A stretch of DNA of 64,000 bases from a virus. Taxonomy: Duplodnaviria; Caudoviricetes. Both the position numbers and the translations under genes were made by a program. The notes below the pieces were generated by a model, which was not told the DNA's origin, ran no database searches, and saw nothing but the letters and a program-made list of their open reading frames with translations. Below are positions 56,591 to 64,000 of this stretch, one piece after another; within the stretch, counting starts at the first letter, position 1, and every line of letters starts with the position of its first letter. Location of the stretch: the IMG/VR virus record IMGVR_UViG_2920951204_000001, positions 32,001-96,000 of that record. One strand, given 5' to 3'.

Positions 56591-56619
56591 ATTATACCAT
56601 TAAACAATATTGCAGTCCA
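56591..56619 (-). promoter_or_regulatory. SigmaA promoter for the peptide unit
   Basis: TGGACT-17-TATAAT with extended -10 TGn. Confidence 0.7.
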
Positions 56620-56804
56620 CCATTCGGCTTGGTTTGGCTAAGTAAGATACGCAGAGATATACTTAACTGCAATTATATAAAACAGAAACAATTTTGGTTA
56701 TATGAGGGAGTAGACTCTTTTGAGCTACTACCCTCTTTTTAGTTGATAAAATTATAAAATAAAAATGCTGAAAAAGGCAAAAAAAGATTAAAAGGAGATA
56801 TAAA

Positions 56805-57080
56805 ATGAATAAAGATATGTTATTAAAAGAAATTGCAAATAGAATTGAAGGTGCAACAAAGTCAGATATTAATGTCGTGTTAGACACTTTTGAAGACGTT
56901 ATTTTTGATACATTAAAAGCTGATTCAAGTGAAAAAGTTAAATTCGGAAAATTAGGTGCGTTCTCAGTGAAGGCAGTTCCTGCAAAAGACGGTATAAGTG
57001 CTATTAATGGTAAGCCTTGGCATACAGATGCCCATAATGAAATCAAGTTTACAATGAGTAAAACAAATAAGAATATCTAG
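56805..57080 (+). CDS. hup: HU-family DNA-binding protein (YonN-like)
   Basis: MNK..L..EIA, FGKLGAFSV, arm and KF.MSK motifs. Confidence 0.85.
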   Translation: MNKDMLLKEIANRIEGATKSDINVVLDTFEDVIFDTLKADSSEKVKFGKLGAFSVKAVPAKDGISAINGKPWHTDAHNEIKFTMSKTNKNI

Positions 57081-57099
57081 TCTGAAAGGTCGTGAGATT

Positions 57100-57678
57100 T
57101 TGAAGAAAAAGAATAAATATGAAGATATTAAAATGATAGACCTTGATGACAAAGCTGACATTTCTAATATTTATATTGAACATTTATATAATACAGACAA
57201 AACTGTTGGATTTGTCGCTAGTAAAGAACTTGCAGAATATGTTTTACAAAATGTCATTAACCTTGATGAAACAAGTGTTAAGGAAATAAATTTTATTGAT
57301 CTATATGATATTAATGAATATCTTATATCTGTCAATGATGAAGGACACATTGTTGCTACTCCAATTGATGAACTTTATAACGTCTTTGATGATGTTGATA
57401 TTGTTTACATTGATATGGATGGAGATATTGAACAGGATGTTATTGATTATTGTGTAAATGAAAACAAAGAAGTAATTTTGTTTGGCGAAACAGATGATAA
57501 AGACTGTGAATGTTGTGATTATACAAATTGTAAACATACTTCTTCTACTACTAATTATTTTATAAATGATAAAGCTGTTAGTAAAGAAGAATACGAAGAT
57601 GCTATGGCTGAAATAGATTTAAAATATAAGGAATTTCATGATGAAATGAATAGATGGATAGATTTGTTAAGTTGGTAA
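57100..57678 (+). CDS. Acidic hypothetical protein
   Basis: 192 aa ORF. Confidence 0.6.
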   Translation: MKKKNKYEDIKMIDLDDKADISNIYIEHLYNTDKTVGFVASKELAEYVLQNVINLDETSVKEINFIDLYDINEYLISVNDEGHIVATPIDELYNVFDDVDIVYIDMDGDIEQDVIDYCVNENKEVILFGETDDKDCECCDYTNCKHTSSTTNYFINDKAVSKEEYEDAMAEIDLKYKEFHDEMNRWIDLLSW

Positions 57679-57735
57679 GATGTTAAATCTTGAATTTATA
57701 GAGAGTGTGTAGTTTACTATGCACTCTTTTGTTTT

Positions 57736-57809
57736 GGGTATGTAGTTCAGTTGGTTAGAACAACCGGCTTTTAACCGGTAGATCAGGGGTTCGAGTCCCT
57801 TTATGCCCA
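57736..57809 (+). tRNA. tRNA-Lys(UUU)
   Basis: GGGTATG/TATGCCC, ACCGG-CTTTTAA-CCGGT. Confidence 0.9.
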
Positions 57810-57990
57810 TTGATTTGATGTTTCTGTGAATGGAAACAGAGAATATAAATATGTGCTCATAATTGGTGTCATAGCTGATTGTGGGATTTATGGAGAGATA
57901 GTTAGGAAGTCATGAGCCTGACGAAAGTGTAACCTCATTCGCACTTCTCTCCTATTTTTATGGAATGAGGGGAAATGAGGAAAATAAATT

Positions 57991-59301
57991 ATGGGAAAAG
58001 GAAAATCAACAGAGGAACGTATCAAATATTTTAAAGATATGTTTCCTATTAAATTTAATGACGAAATTACTTTATATTTATTAGATGAAAACGTTGATGT
58101 TGTCATTGATAATCAAAATTTACGCAATTATTATTTTAATGTGATTGATAATGATGGATATAAATATAGACAAAACATTCATCATATCCTGTCTTCAAGA
58201 AAAAATTATAAATGTCCAGCAAGATTTTTCGCCAACAATCCATATACGTATGAAAACATAAATAATTTCTTTAAAATTAATGATATTGATTTATTTATTA
58301 ATGGCATAAATCTTCCAATATCAGGATGTGCAAGAGAAAAATTTGATTTTGTAAAAAGTAATGGTGAAATAGTTAGTACCACATGGAATCAAATTCAACA
58401 TCATACATTCAGATACAAAAAGGATTATGATGAAGCAAAACAAAAGAAATTTGATGATACACATATGACAAAAGATAAGGCTATTCCTATTATATTAAAA
58501 AAATCAGAGGAATTAAAAAGACCTTTGTTACAAAGTGATTTTGAAGGTGTTGAAACAACGGATACTTCCATTGGAATTCGTGTAATTTGGCGTATATGGG
58601 GAACTTTTACAAATATGATTAAAGATTTAGGACTTCAAGAACATGATGGATATTTCAGACCTAATGATAAAAATTATCATTCACATGATGAAGTAATAAA
58701 TTCTGTAAAAAGTGTTTGTGATAAAGTAAAGACAGAAGGACGCGCTATTGTAATGTATCCAGATTTTAAAGGATATATTGATATTGAAATATCTACAATT
58801 AGAAGACATTGCGAATTAGATGGAACTACTCTTAACAAATTGGTAGAAAAATATGGTTGCAAGCTACAACAAGCAGGAAATGGACTTAACCATACATTTT
58901 CCGATGGCGAGCGAATTGTTTCAAAATATGAGTATGATTTTAGCAATTTTCTTAGAACACACGGATTAAACTTTAATGTAGATTATTTTAGAAATATTCC
59001 ATACAAATCTATAGATAGTTCTTACAGTGGTAAAATGAATTGCGATTATCTTATTATTTTCAATAATAAAAAAGTCTATATAGAACTTGCTGGCATACTT
59101 GGAAATAAAGGTCATCAAGAAGCTTATCGAAATAATACCCCAATAAAATCAAAATCAAAAGAATTGTATCGACAGAAATTATACCAAAAGCGTGACATTT
59201 TTGAACGAAATGGACTTGATTATTATATTTTATTAAAAGATGAAATGAATGAAGAAACATATAATAATATATTGAATAAATATTTGAAAGAAGTGACTTA
59301 G
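57991..59301 (+). CDS. Homing-endonuclease-like protein with C-terminal PD-(D/E)xK-like domain
   Basis: SKYE..F...CDYLI......IELAG...K. Confidence 0.55.
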   Translation: MGKGKSTEERIKYFKDMFPIKFNDEITLYLLDENVDVVIDNQNLRNYYFNVIDNDGYKYRQNIHHILSSRKNYKCPARFFANNPYTYENINNFFKINDIDLFINGINLPISGCAREKFDFVKSNGEIVSTTWNQIQHHTFRYKKDYDEAKQKKFDDTHMTKDKAIPIILKKSEELKRPLLQSDFEGVETTDTSIGIRVIWRIWGTFTNMIKDLGLQEHDGYFRPNDKNYHSHDEVINSVKSVCDKVKTEGRAIVMYPDFKGYIDIEISTIRRHCELDGTTLNKLVEKYGCKLQQAGNGLNHTFSDGERIVSKYEYDFSNFLRTHGLNFNVDYFRNIPYKSIDSSYSGKMNCDYLIIFNNKKVYIELAGILGNKGHQEAYRNNTPIKSKSKELYRQKLYQKRDIFERNGLDYYILLKDEMNEETYNNILNKYLKEVT

Positions 59302-59338
59302 TATTTACTACTATCTCACTTTTTTTGTTTGAAAGGAA

Positions 59339-60388
59339 GTGAGAAAAATGTCAAGATTTACAGTCTATAATCATATTGTAACAGATGAAAAATATGCAAA
59401 AATTAATAAGGATAATATTGATTTGATGGATGATTGGATAGAATATTTGCAATCAATTGATAGAGCACCACAGACGCTCCACGCTTATCGGAACGACTTA
59501 AAGGTATTCTTTACATGGAATCTTGAGTTCAATGGGAACAAATTCTTTCCTGATTTAACTAAACGTGAAGTTGCAAAGTTTCAAAATCACGCATTAAATA
59601 CATGGGGATGGAGTTCAAATAGAATTAGACGAGTAAAGTCAACACTCTCTTCATTATCAAATTATATAAGAGATATTCTTGATGATGAACCTGAATTTGA
59701 AAACTACAAACCTATTATTAGAAAAATTGCAAATCCAGCCAAGGAAGTTGTAAGAGAAAAAACAATACTTTCTGATGAACAAGTAGAACTATTGTTAAAT
59801 ACACTTGTTGAAAGGAAAGAATATGAAGCAGCTTGTGCAGTAGCCGTACTTGCCTTTTCTGGAATGAGACATGCAGAGTTATTACAAATGAAAGTTGAAT
59901 ATTTCAATGACGATCATTTTGTCTATGATTCTATGTGGAAAACAGATAAGGTAAGAGCAAAAGGTTTCGGGAAAAATGGTAAGCAAATTAACAAATTTAT
60001 ATTATATAGTGCAAAACCATATTTGGATTTATGGTTAAAAGAACGTGAAAGACTAGGAATTGAAAGTGAATGGTTGTTTGTGACAGTTTCTGTTGATAAA
60101 GAAACAAAACAAAGAACATATCATCAGCGAAGAGATGTAAGCTCATGGATTCAAATGATGGAAGATATTTTAGGTGTTGACGCATATTGTCATATGTTTA
60201 GACATTATACATGTACACGCTTACATAGATTAAATTTGCCAGCTCACGTAATTCAAGAATTTTTCGCATGGTCTAGTGCAGAAATGCTCAGTATCTACAA
60301 CGACCTGACTGCCGAAGATGAATTTGGAAAATATTTCGATAGAGATGGTGTAAAAGAAGTTAAACAGGGTTCTTTAACAGACGCATAA
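59339..60388 (+). CDS. Tyrosine recombinase with N-terminal core-binding domain
   Basis: TLHAYRNDL, SGMRHAE, KG, HMFRH, W, SIY. Confidence 0.85.
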   Translation: MRKMSRFTVYNHIVTDEKYAKINKDNIDLMDDWIEYLQSIDRAPQTLHAYRNDLKVFFTWNLEFNGNKFFPDLTKREVAKFQNHALNTWGWSSNRIRRVKSTLSSLSNYIRDILDDEPEFENYKPIIRKIANPAKEVVREKTILSDEQVELLLNTLVERKEYEAACAVAVLAFSGMRHAELLQMKVEYFNDDHFVYDSMWKTDKVRAKGFGKNGKQINKFILYSAKPYLDLWLKERERLGIESEWLFVTVSVDKETKQRTYHQRRDVSSWIQMMEDILGVDAYCHMFRHYTCTRLHRLNLPAHVIQEFFAWSSAEMLSIYNDLTAEDEFGKYFDRDGVKEVKQGSLTDA

Positions 60389-60712
60389 TTAATATCATTC
60401 TTGAAGACACCTCAAGCCCGATGAAGCTTTCGTCTAACATCATTCTTCTACTATCAAACAGAGAATATATAAGTAACACATCTTGACATTTGCTATTCAT
60501 GTAGCATTGTAAGTCCAATCTTCTATTCTATCGACATCTAGATTCTTTGGTTATTCTCATCCTTCAAAATGAGAAGATGTCCGTGATTGTCTACGTTAAT
60601 GAGAAACGATAATGAACAAAAATCTTTGGATTTTTACTTGGTGAGGTGCTTGCACCTAGCCTTGATTTTTATGTGGCTGGTGTCCGGTCTGGCAATCTGG
60701 AAAGACAGATAT

Positions 60713-60786
60713 GACTCTATAGAAGAATTGGTTAATTCGTCTGACTGTCTATCAGAAGATTATGGGTTCGAGTCTCGTTAGAGTCA
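60713..60786 (+). tRNA. tRNA-Asp(GUC)
   Basis: GACTCTA/TAGAGTC, TCTGA-CTGTCTA-TCAGA. Confidence 0.85.
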
Positions 60787-60880
60787 CTACTATGCGAGAA
60801 GTCCTGAAGATGAAAGTCTATTAGTGGGATGCATACAACTTTTAGATGTGAGTAGCTCATCACTACTCTCTCGCTTTATT

Positions 60881-60921
60881 AAAAATAAGACTGTCAAGCA
60901 CATCACTTTGACAGTCTTATT
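60881..60921 (-). terminator. Intrinsic terminator
   Basis: 14-bp stem AATAAGACTGTCAA/TTGACAGTCTTATT with T-run on the minus strand. Confidence 0.8.
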
Positions 60922-61234
60922 CCCAATTTGTTTTTCTAAGACCTTGGTGCAATTTACATGACGACAAACGCCGTACCATCATAGCGTTTATTATCCTTTT
61001 ATTCCTGATGGTGTCGTGTACACATTTTATGCCTTCACTGCAAATGGATTGATGTGAAATCCTATCTTACCCAAGGCAGTCTCACTTTAGCAGTTGGGAT
61101 CTGCAATACTATTATTGCCATCGCATTGACTTTTACTCAGAACGGGCATATTCAAAACGGCTTTTAACATAATCACCATTCCTTTCTGCCAATTATGGCA
61201 GATATATTATAGTCTGTTTGATTAGCGAAGTCAA
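60881..61234 (-). ncRNA. SigmaA-driven structured RNA with a 27-codon sORF (61087-61170)
   Basis: TTGACT-17-TATAAT (61206-61234), SD AAAGGAATGGTG, terminator at 60881. Confidence 0.6.
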
Positions 61235-61246
61235 TGTGATGATTTT

Positions 61247-61319
61247 ACACCTTTAGCTTAATTGGTAGAGCAACGATCTCCAAAATCGTCAGGTCTATGT
61301 TCAAATCGTAGAAGGTGTG
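61247..61319 (+). tRNA. tRNA-Trp(CCA)
   Basis: ACACCTT/AAGGTGT, ACGAT-CTCCAAA-ATCGT. Confidence 0.88.
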
Positions 61320-61591
61320 CTAAGTGAAGTGAATTGCACTTTCATTGGAAATTTAATATTGGAAATTATGAGAAGTCATTTCGTATAAAGTGGCTTCTTT
61401 TTATGTTGTGATGGAATAAAAAAGAGAATAAATATATAGCCAACTATGAGAGGATTGTTACTGTTTCGGTTGCAGGTAGTTGGATTATGGAGTGAGAAGC
61501 CTTTGACTGATCATCTTAGGTACAGTAGATACTCGCACTACTCTCTCACTCTGTTTTAATTGGTTTTTGCGAGTGGAAAGCGAGAAATGAT

Positions 61592-62698
61592 ATGGGAAGA
61601 AAATTAACTGACGAAGAATACAAACAAAAATTAAAAGAAACAAATCCTGAGTATGAAAGTCTTGCTCCATATCAAGGAAACAAAATTAAAATACCACATA
61701 GACACATTAAATGTGGGTATATTTGGGATGTAAAACCAAATGTATTGGATCAAAACACATATGGATGTCCTTTTTGTTCAGGAAAAGTGAGAAAAGATAT
61801 TACATATTTTAAAGATGAAGTATATAAACTTGTTGGTGATGAATACGAAGTTATTGGTGATTATGTAAACACTCATACTAAAACTACGTTTAGACATAAT
61901 GTCTGTGGACATATTTTTGATATGACACCACATAACTTTATTTCTGGTCAAAGATGTAAATATTGTCAACATAGAAGTTATGTAAAAACAACTGAAGAGT
62001 TTAAACAGGAACTGTTTGATCTTGTTGAGGAAGAATATATATTAGAAGATGAATATATAAATAATCATACAAAAGTAAATTTTAGACATAAAATTTGTGG
62101 TCACTTATGGAACACTACGCCATCTGAAATTTTGAATGGATATAGATGTATTTATTGTTATGGGAATAAAAAACTCACTCAAAATGATTTTGAAGATAAA
62201 GTTTATGAACAACGTGGTAATGAATATAGTGTTGTTGGAAAATATATAAACTATTCTACAAAAGTGTCAATGAGACACAACAAATGCGGATGTATTTGGA
62301 ATGTTATTCCTGGTGCATTCTTTAGTAAAATGTCTGGATGTCCTAAATGCAACCAATCAAAAGGAGAATCAAGGATTGAGACGTATTTGCAGAAAAATAA
62401 AATTTCATATATTTCACAGATGAAATATGAAGATTTACGTGGCGATAGAAATATACCATTGTCTTACGATTTTTACTTAGAGGATTTTAATATTCTTATC
62501 GAATATCAAGGACAACAACATAAATACTCTGTCGATTGGTTTGGTGGTGAAGAAAAGTTTAAACGCCAACAAGAAATTGACATGATGAAAAAGAATTATG
62601 CAGAAGAACATAATATTGAATTATTAGAAATTTGGTATTATGACTTTGACAATATAGAAAACATTTTAGGAAGTCGGCTGTTAAAACAGTCGGCTTAA
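61592..62698 (+). CDS. Zinc-ribbon repeat protein with DUF559/Vsr-like endonuclease domain (homing-endonuclease-like)
   Basis: Four HxxCG...CxxC repeats; SKGE, YDFY, IEYQGQQH, LLEIWY. Confidence 0.75.
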   Translation: MGRKLTDEEYKQKLKETNPEYESLAPYQGNKIKIPHRHIKCGYIWDVKPNVLDQNTYGCPFCSGKVRKDITYFKDEVYKLVGDEYEVIGDYVNTHTKTTFRHNVCGHIFDMTPHNFISGQRCKYCQHRSYVKTTEEFKQELFDLVEEEYILEDEYINNHTKVNFRHKICGHLWNTTPSEILNGYRCIYCYGNKKLTQNDFEDKVYEQRGNEYSVVGKYINYSTKVSMRHNKCGCIWNVIPGAFFSKMSGCPKCNQSKGESRIETYLQKNKISYISQMKYEDLRGDRNIPLSYDFYLEDFNILIEYQGQQHKYSVDWFGGEEKFKRQQEIDMMKKNYAEEHNIELLEIWYYDFDNIENILGSRLLKQSA

Positions 62699-62728
62699 TT
62701 TAGTTGTAAATAAAGGAGGTGTGGCTTC

Positions 62729-63934
62729 GTGCCAAGAACTAAATCTGCTGGTACTAAGCCATTACCAGCGAATAAACAAAAAGGTAAAAAAATATGCTCT
62801 TGTTGTTCTAAAGAAAAAAAATTAACTGATTTTTATTTATCATATAGTCCAATGTATTCTTTAGATAAAAGAGTTCCAGTTTGTAAAGATTGTTGCAAAT
62901 CTTCTATTCTTAATACAGATGGTACGATAAATTATGATAAGCTAAAAGAACTTTTAAGAAGCATAGACAAACCTCTCTATATAGACTTAATTATGTCTTC
63001 AGAACAAAGTGTTGCAAAAGAAAACAGTTATTTAGAAGATGAAGAGATTCAATATCATGGAAAGGAAATATTACAAAAATATTTTACTTTAATTGCCATG
63101 AGGCAAGATAGAGCAAAATCATATTCAGATTCAGAAAGAGAGGGATTTCTTCATAAAAACAATAATAGAAATTCTGATGAAAAGAATAAGATTTTAAACA
63201 AATATGGGTTTTTAATAAAAAATGTAGATAAATCTAAGATTGAACAATATGCTCCTGATTCACAATTATCAGAAACAGTTAGATGGTCAAAAAAAGATAA
63301 ACAAAATATGAAATACGCTATTTCTATAATTGGTTATGACCCATTTGAAGATGTTGGATTATCCGAGTCTGATAGAAAATATTGTTTTAATATTTTAGCA
63401 GGTTATTGTGATACTGATGGGATTGCTGAAGATGGACATAAAATACAGGGAGTAATTGAAATGTCTATGCTATATTGTCAATGTAAAAAGATTACAGAAG
63501 CAATGAATATAGAATTATCAAATGATGATGTAGATGACAAAAAGGTGCAAAAACTTTCTTCCTCTAAATCTACTCTCTTATCTTCTATTGCCACAATTGC
63601 AAAAGATAATAATATTGCATCAAACTATAACAAAAATTCAAAACAAGGTCAAAGTTCGTTATCATCAAAAATGAAAGAAATGGCTGATAATGGTTTTCAA
63701 GAAATACAAGTCAACTTATTTGATATAAAAACATCTGAGGCTTTTAAACAAATTGACAAAATAAGTAATGAGAATATTGCCAATCAGCTTACATTAGATA
63801 ATAGTGAGTATTCAGAAATTGTAAAAGAACAACGAGAAACATTAAAAGTTCAAGAACAAAAAATTGATGAACTGACTGAAGAAAATAGAAATTTAAAAAA
63901 TAAAATAATTGACTTAGAGAACAGAAAGAGGTAG
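62729..63934 (+). CDS. YonG-like protein preceding the terminase
   Basis: CSCC...FY.S.SP......CKDC N-terminus, C-terminal coiled coil. Confidence 0.55.
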   Translation: MPRTKSAGTKPLPANKQKGKKICSCCSKEKKLTDFYLSYSPMYSLDKRVPVCKDCCKSSILNTDGTINYDKLKELLRSIDKPLYIDLIMSSEQSVAKENSYLEDEEIQYHGKEILQKYFTLIAMRQDRAKSYSDSEREGFLHKNNNRNSDEKNKILNKYGFLIKNVDKSKIEQYAPDSQLSETVRWSKKDKQNMKYAISIIGYDPFEDVGLSESDRKYCFNILAGYCDTDGIAEDGHKIQGVIEMSMLYCQCKKITEAMNIELSNDDVDDKKVQKLSSSKSTLLSSIATIAKDNNIASNYNKNSKQGQSSLSSKMKEMADNGFQEIQVNLFDIKTSEAFKQIDKISNENIANQLTLDNSEYSEIVKEQRETLKVQEQKIDELTEENRNLKNKIIDLENRKR

Positions 63935-63939
63935 ATGCT

Positions 63940-64000
63940 ATGGAAATATATATACCAATATCCTCAAAAGAGCTAAGTCAACGAAAAATTGAAGAATATC
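63940..64000 (+). CDS. Start of probable terminase large subunit (truncated by the window)
   Basis: MEIYIPISSKELSQRKIEEY; assignment from synteny only. Confidence 0.4.
   Translation, partial: MEIYIPISSKELSQRKIEEY

Larger units (their letters stand above)
1..64000. mobile_element. Part of a large SPbeta-like temperate phage/prophage
   Basis: YonO-like RNAP, HU, YonK/YonJ/YonG-like genes and terminase start resemble the SPbeta yon cluster; tRNAs; dense short ORFs; no host housekeeping genes seen. Confidence 0.9.

Noticed and set aside
1837-60185. Numerous opposite-strand ORFs in the six-frame track
   Set aside because: Shadow ORFs of real genes with Ser/Phe/Leu-rich antisense composition
60400-60712. 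Hairpin-rich spacer before tRNA-Asp (e.g. TCTGGAAAGACAGA)
   Set aside because: Possibly structured RNA, but I could not assign a family or a second copy, and no complete hammerhead core is present
61010-61105. Short 16S-like words (GATGTGAAATCC, AGCAGTTGGGA)
   Set aside because: Short and not colinear with 16S; compatible with chance
50631-61319. Suppressor tRNA, stop-codon recoding or theta ribozymes
   Set aside because: No CUA/UCA/UUA anticodon; long genes are intact in the standard code; no HDV-like fold recognisable after the tRNAs

Overview
AT-rich (about 30% GC by eye) 64 kb segment of a large temperate SPbeta-like phage or prophage of a Clostridia/Lachnospiraceae-type host (host inferred). 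The left arm (1-40.2 kb, minus strand) is an accessory/early region of many short genes. It includes a Pnk-HD plus RNA ligase repair pair, two DNA adenine methyltransferases, three TnpB genes, TA genes, a tyrosine recombinase, and a LexA-box-controlled operon with a sigma-like factor and a ParB/DUF262 protein. A ~1.1 kb non-coding strand-switch region follows. The right arm (41.8-64 kb, plus strand) carries iterons and a Rep-like gene, a YonO-like single-subunit RNA polymerase, a ~770 nt GOLLD/ROOL-like RNA, five tRNAs, PIN-PhoH, YonK/YonJ-like genes, HU, a second tyrosine recombinase, homing-endonuclease-like genes and the start of the terminase module. Most notable unexplained signals: (1) at least 22 copies of an 18-bp palindromic site (consensus AWGAAA-N6-TTTCAT) at gene junctions, suggesting an integron-like gene-cassette system; (2) an unannotated sigmaA-type antisense unit encoding a 36-aa Arg/aromatic peptide whose 3' UTR is complementary to the 5' end of 16S rRNA; (3) covarying RNA leader motifs upstream of methyltransferase and homing-endonuclease genes; (4) a recurrent AGAGAATA motif that is a candidate phage-RNAP promoter; (5) repeated non-AUG starts. 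All calls were made by eye; no searches were run.
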